A stretch of DNA of 64,000 bases from Scyliorhinus canicula. Its lineage: Eukaryota. The stretch covers positions 200,969,703-201,033,702 of the forward strand of contig NC_052151.1 in the NCBI RefSeq assembly GCF_902713615.1, written 5' to 3'. Of this stretch, positions 12,731 through 23,046 are shown piece after piece. The position numbers and the translations under genes were made by a program. The notes beneath the pieces were generated by a model that was not told the DNA's origin, made no database searches, and saw only the letters and a program-made list of their open reading frames with translations. The stretch's first letter is position 1; each line of letters starts with the position of its first letter.

Positions 12731-13010
12731 ATGTTGCAGAACCTGGGACTATACTTCATTTAGGCCACAAATCCAAAGGCTGCAGTTCGGTTAGGCCTCA
12801 AAGCCTGGGACTGTAGTTCCAGGTCAGGCAGCAAAACCTTGGGGGTAGAGCTCAGTTAGGCCTTAAAGCCTGGTGTTTTCCTTCAGTTAGGCCATAACCC
12901 AGATAATGGAGATCAGTTGGGCCAGAAAGCCTGGGGGCTGTAGTTCAGCAAGGCCATAAAACGCGGGGTTGTAGTTCTAGGTTAAGCCACAAAGCCTGGG
13001 TTTTAGTTCT

Positions 13011-13337
13011 CATAGATTATCGTAGAATTTACAGTGCAGAAGGAGGCCATTCGGCCCATCGAGTCTGCACCGGCCCTTGGAAAGAGCACCCTACCCAAGG
13101 TCAACACCTCCACCCTATCCCCATAACCCAGTAACCCCACCCAACACTAAGGGCAATTTATCATAGCCAATCCACCTAACCCGCACATCTTTGAACTGTG
13201 GGAGGAAACCGGAGCACCCGGAGGAAACCCACGCAGACACGGGGAGGATGTGTAGACTCTGCACAGACAGTGACCCAAGCCGGAATCGAACCTCAGACCC
13301 TGGAGCTGTGAAGCAATTGTGCTATCCACAATGCTAA
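13011..13337 (-). mobile_element. HE1-type V-SINE
   Basis: Full head, V-domain and tail. Confidence 0.85.
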
Positions 13338-13492
13338 CGGGCTAGATTAGGTCACAAAACCTAGGACTGTAGTTTGAGGTTAGGTCACAAAACCTGGGGC
13401 TGGAGCTCAGTTAGGCTGCAAAGCCTTGGACTGTAGTTCAGTTTGGCCACAAAGAATGAGGCTGTAGATCAGCCAGGTTGTAAAGGCTGGGG

Positions 13493-13597
13493 CGAAAGGG
13501 AAAATGCTGGAAAATCTCAGCAAGTCTGGCAGCACCTATAGGGAGAGATAGGAGATAACGTTTCGAGTCCGATGACTCTTTGTCAAAGCTGGGGTCT
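13493..13597 (-). mobile_element. Short Penelope-like-derived element with degenerate minimal hammerhead motif
   Basis: Minus strand TTTGACAAAGAGTCATCGGACTCGAAACGT; flanked by a 15-bp direct repeat ttgtaaaggctgggg (13478-13492 and 13598-13612); second copy at 53815-53895. Confidence 0.55.
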
Positions 13598-15737
13598 TTG
13601 TAAAGGCTGGGGTCATCGTTCATCTTAACCACAAAGCCTAGGGCTGTAGTACAGTTAGGCCAGAAGTCTGTGACTCTTAGTCAGCCAAGCTGCACAGCCT
13701 GAGGATGTCATTTTAGATCAGGCCACGAAGCCTCAGGCTGTAGTTCTAGAGCAGGCCACAAAGCCTCGGGCTGTAGTTCTAGATCAGGCCACAAAGCTCG
13801 GGCCTGTAGTTCTAGATCAGGCCACAAAGCCTGGGGCTGTAGTTCTAGATCAGGCCACAAAGCCTCAGGCTGTAGTTCTAGATCCGGCCACAAAGCCCCG
13901 GGCTGTAGTTCTAGATCAGGCCACAAAGCCTGGGCCTGTAGCTCCAGGTCAGGCAGTAAAGCCTGGGCCTGTAGCTCCAGGTCAGACAGTAAAGCCTGGG
14001 CCTGTAGCTCCAGGTCAGGCAGTAAAGCCTGGGCCTGTAGCTCCAGGTCAGGCAGTAAATCCTGGGCCTCTAGCTCCAGGTCAGGCAGTAAATCCTGGGC
14101 CTCTAGCTCCAGGTCAGGCAGTAAAGCCTGGGCCTGTAGCTCCAGGTCAGGCAGCAAAGCCTGGGCCTGTAGCTCCAGGTCAGGCAGCAAAGCCTGGGGC
14201 TGTTGTTCGAGGTCAGGCCACAAAGCCTGGGGCTGTAGTTCTAGGTCAGGCCACAAAGCCTGGGGCTGTAGTTCTAGGTCAGGCCACAAAGCCTGGGGCT
14301 ATAGATCCAGGGAAGGCCATAAATCTGGGGCTGTAGTTGTAGGTCAGGCCACAAAGCCTGGGGCTATAGATCCAGGGAAGGCCATAAATCTGGGGCTGTA
14401 GTTCTAGGTCAGGCCACAAAGCCTGGGGCTGTAGTGCTAGGTCATGCCACAAAGCCTGGGGCTGTAGTTCCAGGGAAGGCCATAAAGCCTAGGGCTGTAG
14501 ATCTAGGTCAGGCAGCAAAGCCTGGGCCTGTAGCTCCAGGTCACCAGCAAAGCCTGGGCTTGGAGCTCCAGGTCAGGCAGTAAAACCTGGGGCTGTAGTT
14601 TTAGGTTAGGCCACAAATACTGAGGCTGAATTCAGTTACATTAGAAAGTCTTGGGCTATAGTTCCTGCAGGTCAGTCAACAAAGCCTATGGCTGTAGTTC
14701 TAGGTTAGGCCACAAAGCCTGGGGCTGTAGTTCTATGTCAGGCCACAAAGCCTGGGGCTGTAGTTCTAGGTCAGGCCACAAAGCCTGGGGCTATAGTTCC
14801 AGGAAAGGCCATAAAGCCTGGGGCTGTAGATCCAGGTCAGGCCACAAAGCGTGGGACTCTGCTCCAACTCAAGCTATAAAGCCTGGGACTGTTGTTCTAG
14901 ATCCGGCTGCAAAGAGTGGGGATGTAGTTCAGTCAGGCCACAAAGTCTGGAGCTGTAGTTCCAGATCAGAGCACAAAGCCTGGGGCTGTAGTTCCAGATC
15001 AGAGCTCAAAGCCTGGGGCTGTAGTTCCAGATCAGAGCACAAAGCCTGGGGCTGTAGTTCAAGATTAGGCCTGAATTGGGGCTGGAGTTCAGTTAGGCCA
15101 CCACACTGGGGCTGTTGTTCCACTTCAGGCCATTAAACCTGGGGCTGTAGTTCAGTTAGGCACAGAGGCTGCGGCTGCCATTCAGTTAGGCCACGACACT
15201 GAGGCTGTAGTTCTAGGTCATGCCACAAAGCCTGGAGCTGTAGTTCTAGGTTAGGCCACAACACTGGGGCTGTAGTTCTAGGTCATGCCACAAAGCCTGG
15301 AGCTGTAGTTCTAGGTTATGCCACAACACTGGGGCTGTAGTTCTAGTTCAGACCACTAAACCTAGGGCTTCAGTTCAGTTCAGCAACAAAGCCTACAGCT
15401 GCCATTCAGTTAGGCCACAACACTGGGGCTGTAGTTGCAGGTCAGGCACAAATGCTGGGACTGTAGTTCAGTTAGGCCACAAAGCCTGGGGCTGGAGTTC
15501 TAAGTTAGGCCACAAAGCCTGGGGCTGGTTCAGTTAGGCCACAAAGCCTGGGGCTGGAGTTCTAAGTTAGGCCACAAAGTCTGGGGCTGTGATTCTCGGT
15601 TAGGTCATAAAGCCTGGGGCTGTAGTTCAGTCAGGCTGCAAAGCCTGTGGCTGTGGTTCCGCAGACCAGGCCACAAAGTCCTGGGCTATAGTTGTCAGGC
15701 TGCAAAGCCTGGGGCTGTCGTTCCGCAGACCAGGCCA

Positions 15738-18700
15738 TGATGCGACCATCAATTCACTCGAGACAGAGGATAGAAGTGAACAGAGGCTTTAATCGACTAT
15801 GAACAGTGCCTGCCTGCCGCCTACAGGGCAGCTGCTCCTATACCTCCCCTCAAGGGGGCAGAGCCCACAAGGGCACCAACATGAGACAATTGTGTAGTAC
15901 AGTACAATGGTCCATAGGTGGAGCCCACATGGGCAACAGCATGGTAAAATGTAATACAGTGGTGAATGGGGCTGTAGTTCTAGATTAGGACACAAATCCT
16001 GGGGCTGTAGTTCTAGGTTAGGCCACAACTACAATACGTTCACCACATTCACCCCCTGTTAAAAAAGTGAAGTCCGATGGGGCTGAAGGGCTCACAGGTT
16101 CAGTCTGTCCGGCACCCGGATTGTGCGCTGCGATCGCTGGAGCTCTGGTATCACAGCTGGCCCGGGTGTCGAACTCGTCAGTGCGGGCATGGGTGGTAAA
16201 CTCGACGAAGCGGGCACAGGCGTGGACTCGGGGAGCGTGTCTTCAGGAGCTTCATTCCTGAAGGTCGGTGAAGAGGGGAGGAGGTGTAGAGGCCATGCAG
16301 GGGTGGGGCGCTGTTCGGTGTAGGTTGGGAGGGGGGGGGTAGGTTGGGGTGATGGTAGGGGATCCTACGGGTGCCAGGTCCCGGAGGGAGACCGTATCCT
16401 GTCGGCCGTCGGGGTGCTCCACGTATGCGTACTGGGGGTTAGTGTGAAGGAGCGGGATCCTCTCGCCCAGGGGGTTGGAATTATGGCTCCTGACATGTTT
16501 GCGGAGTAGGACAGGCCAAGGTGTCGTTAGCCAGGACGGAAGGGGGCGATCATGAGGGGTCTCGTTTGTGGCCGGGCAAAGGAGCGACCTAATAGAGTGG
16601 AGGGTGTCAGGGAGGACCTCCTGCCAGTGGGAGACTGGGAGATTCCTGGACCGTAGGGCCAGGAGGACGGTCTTCCAGACCATCGCGTTCTCCCTCTCCA
16701 CCTGCCCGTTCCCCCTGGCGTTGTAGCTGTTAGTCCCGCTCAAGGCGATGCCCTTACCGAGCAGGTACTGACGCAGCTCGTCGCTCATAAACGAGGAGCC
16801 CCGGTCACTGTGAACGTACGTGGGGAAACCAAACAGGGTGAAGACACTATGCAGGGCCTTAATGACGGTGGCTGCGGTCATGTCAGGGCAGGGGATGGCA
16901 AAGGGGAAACAGGAGTACTCGTCAATGACGTTGAGGAAATACGTGTTGCGGTTTGAAGTTGATACTGAGGCGCTCAAAGAGCCGGATGCCTTTACCAGGT
17001 GGGACATATCCGGTCGATAGAAGTGCGACTTACACTCAGCGCAGATTTGGCAGTCCCTGGTCATGGCCCTGACCTCCTCGGTGGAGTAGGGCAGGTTGCG
17101 GGCCTTGATGTAGTGGAGGAGCCGGGTGACCCCCGGGTGGCAGACGTCATCGTGGATGGCCCGAAGTCGGTCATCTTGCGGGCTGGCGCATGTGTCGCGG
17201 GACAGGGCATCTGGGGGCTCGTTGAGCTTCCCAGGACGATATACTATATCGTAATTATAGGTGGAGAATTCGATCCTCTACCTCAAGATCTTATCGTTCT
17301 TGATCTTGCCCCACTGTGTGTTGTCGACCGTTGGTCGGTGACGTGAGTAAACTGCCTACCAGCGAGGTAGTGCCTCCAGTGCCATTCAGCTTCCACGATG
17401 GCTTGGGCTTCTTTTTCGACTGAGGAATGTCAAATTTCGGAGGCGGTGAGGGTTCGGGAGAAAAATGCTACTGGCCGGCCCGCCTGATTAAGGGTGGCGG
17501 CGAGATCAACCTCTGACGCGTCACTCTCCACCTGGAAGGGGACGGACTTGCCCACCGCGCGCATCGCGGCTTTGGCAATATCCGCCCTGGTGCAGCTGAA
17601 GGCCTGGCGGGCCTTAGTCGCCAGTGGGAAGATGGTGGCTTTGATCAGTGGGCGGGCTTTGTCCACATAGTTGGGGACCCACTGGGCGTAATAGGAAAAG
17701 AACCCGAGGCACCTTTTCAAGGCCTTGGGGCAGTGGGGGAGGGGGAGTTGCTGGAGGGAGGTGCATGCGGTCAGGGTCGGGCCCTCGGACTCCGTTTTCC
17801 ACAACATAGCCGAAGATGGCCAGTCTGGTCGTGCGGAAAACGCATTTCTCCTTGTTATAAGTGAGGTTGAGGGATTGGGCGGTTTGGAGAAATCTCTGGA
17901 GGTTGGCGTCGTGGTCCTGCTGGTCGTGGCCGCAAATGGTGACGTTGTCCAGATACGGAAATGTGGCCCGCAGCCCGTACTGGTCCACCATTCGGTCCAT
18001 CGTTCTTGGAAGACCAAGACCCCGTGATGCCGAAGGGGACCCGGAGGAAGTGGAAGAGGCGGCCGTCTGCCTCGAACGCCGTGTAGTGGCGGACCTCTGG
18101 GCGGATTGGAAGCTGGTGGTATGCGGACTTTAGATCCACCGTGGAGAACACTCGGTAGTGCGCGATCTGATTAACCATGTCCGCTATCTGGGGGACGGGT
18201 ACGCATCGAGGTGCGTGTACCGGTTTATGGTTTGGCCGTAATCTACAATCATCCGTTTCTTTTCCCCGGTCCTGACGACCACCACCTGGGCTCTCCAGGG
18301 GCTATTCCTGGCCTCGATGATCCCCTCCCTCAAGAGTCACTGGACCTCGGACCTGATGAAAGTCCTGTCCTGGATGCTGTACCGCCTGCTCCTGGTGGCG
18401 ACTGGCTTACAGTCGGCGGTGAGGTTTGCAAAGAGCGGGGGAGGGGTGACCTTCAGGGTCGCGAGGCTACAGACGGTGAGTGGGGGTAGGGGCTCGCCGA
18501 ACTTCAGGGTCAGGCTCCTGAGGTTGCACTGGAAGCCCAGTCCCAACAGGAGAGGAGCGCAGAGATCGGGGAGTATGTGTAGCTTAAAGTTTGCGTGTTC
18601 GACGCCCTGTATCGCAAGGTTCGTGACAGTGTCCGCCCAGATCTGCACTGCGTGCGATCCGGAAGCGAGGGAGATTGTTTGAAGTGCGGGGGAGATTTGG

Positions 18701-20223
18701 AGCGAGCAGCGCCTTACCGTGTCTGGGTGAATGAAGCTCTCTGTGCTTCCGGAGTCAAACAGGCAAGGCGTTTCGTGTCCATTGACCCGGACGGTCATCA
18801 TGGAATTCCGGAGGTGCTTCGCGCGTGACTGGTCGAGGGTGACCGCGTCGAGTTGCGGGTAGCTGGCATGGTCAGAGGTGATGGGGTGGTCCCGAGATGG
18901 CTGCCCCCGTCGGTCGCAAGTGTCGGGCGGCGAGGAAGATGGCGTCCAAGATGACGGTCCCCATGAGTCGCACATGGCAGGCCGCGTGGGATACGGTGGC
19001 CAAGATGGCAGCCCCCTTGAGTCACACGTGTTGTGTGGCGTTGAAGATGGCTGGTCCCCACGGTCAACACGAGGCAGATGTCGCATCCGGAGGGGGCGGA
19101 GCCAGCAGGGCACGCAGCCACACTGCGGGTCTGCAGGCCTGTGAGTCCGAGAGTTGGGCCTGCGATTTGGAGGACTTGGACCTGGCCAGGCAAACTTTGG
19201 CAAAGTGTCCTTTCTTGCCGCAGTCGCTGCAGTTCGCGTTGCGAGCTGGGCAGCGTTGCCTGGGGAGCTGGTGCTAGCCGCAGAAATAGCAGGGTAGCCC
19301 CCCGGGTTGGGCAGGCAGCCACACGGCACAGGCCTGGGGTACTCTCTGGTCGGGGGTCCACGAGGGGGTCACGTGATCGGACGGGAACGCGTTGAGGCTC
19401 TGAAACACTACTTCTAGGGAGGTGGATAGTTTTACCGTCTCTTCTAGGCCGAGGGCGCCCTTCTCGAGCAGGCGCTGTCTGACGTAGTTGGACCTGACTC
19501 CAGCCACGTAGGCGTCCCGGACGGCGAGTTCCATGTGTTGGGAGGTTGTGACAGCCTGGTAGTTGCAGCTCCGTGCGAGTGTTATCAGGTCGCGTAGGTA
19601 CTCCTCCAGTGATTCCCCGGGCGTTGGCGGCGAGCGGTGAGGAGGTGCCGTGCGTACACTTCATTCACCGGCCTCACGTATAGGCACCAGCATCGCGAGG
19701 GCGTCTGCGTATGTGGTCGCTTCCTCGAGTTAGACGGAGAATCGATGGCTCACCCGGGCGTGGAGGAGGCTCAACATCTGATCGTTGGTGACGGAGGGCG
19801 AGGAGGAGACGACGAGGTAGGCCTCGAAACATCGGAGCCAGTGTGAAAAAAATCCCTTTGGTTTCCACAGCCTGTGGGTCGAGTTCCAGTCGGTCAGGTT
19901 TGAGGGCTGCTTCCATCGCGATATTGTTGTCGATTAAATTGATGCGACCATCAATTCCCTCGAGACAGAGGATAGAAGTGAACAGTGGCTTTAATCAACT
20001 AGAACAGTGCCTGCCTGCGACTGCTCTGCTATGAGGGCCGCCTACAGGGCAGCTGCTCTTATACCTCCCCTCAAGGGGGCGGATCCAGGGGCGGATTCAC
20101 AAGGGCACCGACATGAGACAATTGTGTAGTACAGTACAATGGTCCATAGGTGGAGCCCACATGGGCAACAGCGTGATACAGTGTAATACAGTGATGAATG
20201 GTTCCTATAATACGTTCACCACA
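15738..20223 (-). mobile_element. Full-length degenerate Gypsy LTR retrotransposon (element E1)
   Basis: LTRs 15738-16047 and 19940-20223; 5-bp TSD GGCCA; PPT at 16048-16066; gag (MEAALKPDRL, from 19916), protease (LFDSGS), RT (FPYLDN), RNase H and integrase (VHSDRG) with multiple frameshifts; no TGG PBS. Confidence 0.95.
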
Positions 20224-20489
20224 GGCCACAAAGCCTGGTACTGTAGTTCAGTTAGGCCGCAAAGCCCGGAGCTGTAGTTCAGTTAGGCCGCAAAGCCTGG
20301 GGCTGTAGTTCAGTTAGGCCGCAAAGCCTGGGGCTGTAGTTCAGTTAGGCCGCAAAGCCTGGGGCTGTAGTTCCGCTGGTCAGGCATCAAAGTCAGGAGC
20401 TGTATTTCAGTTAGGCCGCAAAGCCTTGGAGCTGTAGCTCCGCAGGTCAGGCTGCACACTTAACCCATACACAAAAGAAGATTTTAAAA

Positions 20490-21056
20490 CACTGGCTCAT
20501 GTTAAACTTAGTTTATTGCAATGTGAGAGCTCATGATACACTGGAATAGAAGTGAGGAATACAGCAATTCATGAAGCATCAAGCTGTTCGACCGACCTGT
20601 GGGATTTAATCGCCTTCCTGTATGCCCTCTGTCCCCAAACACCCCCTCAATCCCCCATTCCCCTCACCCAACTCCAGAGCAGCTTATACCTGCCCCTCCC
20701 ATATGCAAGGCACTGAAGAGCATCTGAAAAGCACTTTAACACATATTAATGCAAGAGAAATTGTCTCGAGAGGCGAATATCCTCCTTTCCTGTGTAACAG
20801 GCTCAAGAGAGAGAGGGGCTGAATGGCCCTCCTGTTCCTGTGGAGATAGGAACCTGGCTCTCCGAGTGACATTTGGTGCTGAGATAATAAACTCGAAGCG
20901 CAGCTCGATTGATGCAATGTTGATATATGTATATTGGTGAAGATTTGCCGATGTTAGTCTGACTTAAGTGTGATCAGCTTCGACTCAAACCCTCCTGACT
21001 CCCGACCCTCCACTTCCTGATCACTCCGAGTGGGTAGCCAGGGGCCGATCGGCAGC
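20490..21056 (-). terminator. FCER1G 3' UTR with AATAAA poly(A) signal (20512-20517)
   Basis: Unique sequence downstream of the stop codon; tttatt on + at 20512-20517; the minisatellite begins about 50 bp further on; cleavage site inferred. Confidence 0.65.
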
Positions 21057-21125
21057 TCACTGGGGCTTTTTAAACTTCTGAGGCTGCAACGACTCGTAGG
21101 TATCAAGCTGACGCCCTTCCAGACC
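21057..21125 (-). CDS. FCER1G: FcR gamma-type gene exon 6 coding part (GLEGRQLDTYESLQPQKFKKPQ*)
   Basis: ccctctccccaatag| acceptor; homologous to human [20 protein letters not shown]; completes ITAM YTGL-x7-YESL; TGA at 21057-21059. Confidence 0.95.
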   Translation of the reverse strand, partial: GLEGRQLDTYESLQPQKFKKPQ

Positions 21126-21139
21126 CTATTGGGGAGAGG

Positions 21140-21680
21140 GGGTGGGAGAGAGAGAGAGACGGGTTAGAGATAACGTCACAGGGAACAAGGGGGAGGAAAA
21201 GAGAGACAGAACACAGAGACAGAGAACAGAGAGAACGAGGCTGGTTAGAGATAATGCCACAGGTAGAGAGGCAGAGAGAGAGAGAGGCAGAGAGAGGAGA
21301 GGAGAGGCAGAGTGAGAGAGAGAGGCAGAGAGAGAGAGAGGTAGAGAGAGAGAAAGGTAGAGAACGAGACAGGCAGAAAGATAGGTCGACAGAGAGATGA
21401 GAAACAGACAGCAAAAGAGAGAGAGAGAGAGAGAGAAAGACACAGAAGAGAGACAGGCCGGGGGCGAGGGGAGGGGAGGCGAGGGGGGGGGGGGGGGGGG
21501 GAGACAAAGAAAAACAGAGAGAGATAGACATAGACAGACAGACAGAGAGAGAGAGACAGAGGGAGACACACACACACACAGAAACAGAGACAGACAGATA
21601 GATGGACAGAGGTAAACAGACAGAGACAGAGGGGCTAGAGAGAGAGAGAGAGAGAGAGAGAACGAGAAAGAGAGAACGAG
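21140..21680. repeat. GA-rich microsatellite/low-complexity tract
   Basis: (GA)n/GACA mosaics directly next to the exon 6 acceptor; source of spurious Ser/Leu ORFs. Confidence 0.9.
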
Positions 21681-21686
21681 ATTTTT

Positions 21687-22200
21687 GTAGACTACGAAGG
21701 GGTCCACACCGAGTTGAGAAAAGAAAATAAAGTTTTATCACAATAACTATTATTTAGACAGCACGAAAGATCCTCCCTCGTCGGTACCCAAACAGGCCGA
21801 CTGTATACTGAAGATAACTGTACATGGTTTAGGGTCCCCGCCCCCTTTAATGGGGGAGCTCATATTCAGTGAGGCTCATGGGAGTTTAATCATAGCCACC
21901 TTGTGTGATGGTATGGATTTGAGCCCTGCCATTGGTGCAGAGCACTGGCTTCCCATTGGCTCTGGCTGGTCATGTGCCTCTCGTCCGATTGGTTGGGACT
22001 AGTCATGTGACTGCTCTCCAATTGATCGAGAGGCAAGTAGGCCCTGCCTCCGAGGCGGGGTATAAGTACCCAGAGTTCCCGGCGGTCTGTCATTCTCTGT
22101 AGTCGACCACCGGGCTAACAACTAGCTGATTAAAGCCACAGTTCGGATCCTAAATGTGTCTTGAGTCGAATTGATGGTACATCACCTTGTAAGTCCCGTG
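21687..22200 (-). mobile_element. LTR-like fragment hosting a solo LTR
   Basis: tgtag end on +, LTR-like composition; right boundary uncertain. Confidence 0.4.
21904..22184 (+). mobile_element. Solo LTR (E1/E3-related family)
   Basis: TGTGATG...TACATCA termini; 5-bp TSD CCTTG; TATA (tataag) and ATTAAA 50 nt before the end. Confidence 0.9.
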
Positions 22201-22232
22201 TGGGGGGGGGAGAGAGAGAGAGACACACACAC

Positions 22233-22263
<31 letters not shown>

Positions 22264-22520
22264 CACACACACACACACACAAAGAAAGAGAGGGACAGAG
22301 AGAAATAGAGACACAGAGAAAGAGAGAGAAACACAGAGAAAGAGGGAGAGACAAAGAGAGAAACAGAGACACAGAGAAAGAGAGAGAGATACAAAGAGAG
22401 AAACAGAGAGAGAGACACGCACACAGAGAAGTGAGACAGAGAGAGAGAGACGGCGATAGAGACAGAGATAGAGGCAGAGACAGAGACAGAGAGAGAGATG
22501 GAGAGATTAGAAAGAGATAT
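22200..22520. repeat. GA/CA microsatellite tract
   Basis: Simple repeats. Confidence 0.9.
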
Positions 22521-23046
22521 AAAGACAGATAGACTGGTCCAGAAAGTGAAGTCGCAAAGGATCAGAATGAGTTGGCAAGATGGATACAGAACTGGCTCAG
22601 TCATAGAAGGCTGAGAATAGCAATGGAAGGGTGTTTTTCTGAATGGAGGGCTGTGACTAGTGGTGTTCCGCAGGGATCAGTGCTGGAGCCTTTCTCTTTT
22701 GTAATATATATAAATGATTTGGAGGAAAATGTATATTGTTATATGTAAATGATTATTAAGTTGGCGGACAACACAAAGGTGGGTGGAATTGCGGATAGCG
22801 ATGAGGACTGTCAGAGGATACAGCAGGATTTAGATTGTTTGGAGACTTGGGCAGAGAGATGGCAGATGGAGTTTTATCCGGACAAATGTGAGGTAATGCA
22901 TTTTGGAAGGTCTAATACAGGTGGGAAATATACCGTAAATGGCAGAACCTTTAAGAGTATTGACAATCAGAGAGATCGAGGTGTACAGGTCCACAGGTCA
23001 CTGAAATGGCAACACAGGGGAGAAGATAGTCAGGAAGGCATATGGC

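Larger units (their letters stand above)
10560..20460. repeat. 33/31-bp minisatellite family (cctgggcctcaggctccaggttagactgcacag and cctggggctgtagttctaggtcaggccacaaag), interrupted by CR1, SINE and an LTR element
   Basis: Homogeneous blocks 10775-12150 and 13700-15737; 31-bp variants at 15420-15630 and 20224-20460. Confidence 0.9.

Noticed and set aside
10717-15136. Repeat ORFs (LGLRLQVRLHS, QSNLEPEAQAV, WPDLELQPQAL) as a real structural protein
   Set aside because: They arise in several frames of a minisatellite with frequent 31/32-bp units and TE interruptions; no splice or start context
21103-22604. Ser/Leu-rich hydrophobic ORFs
   Set aside because: (GA)n/(CT)n microsatellite translations
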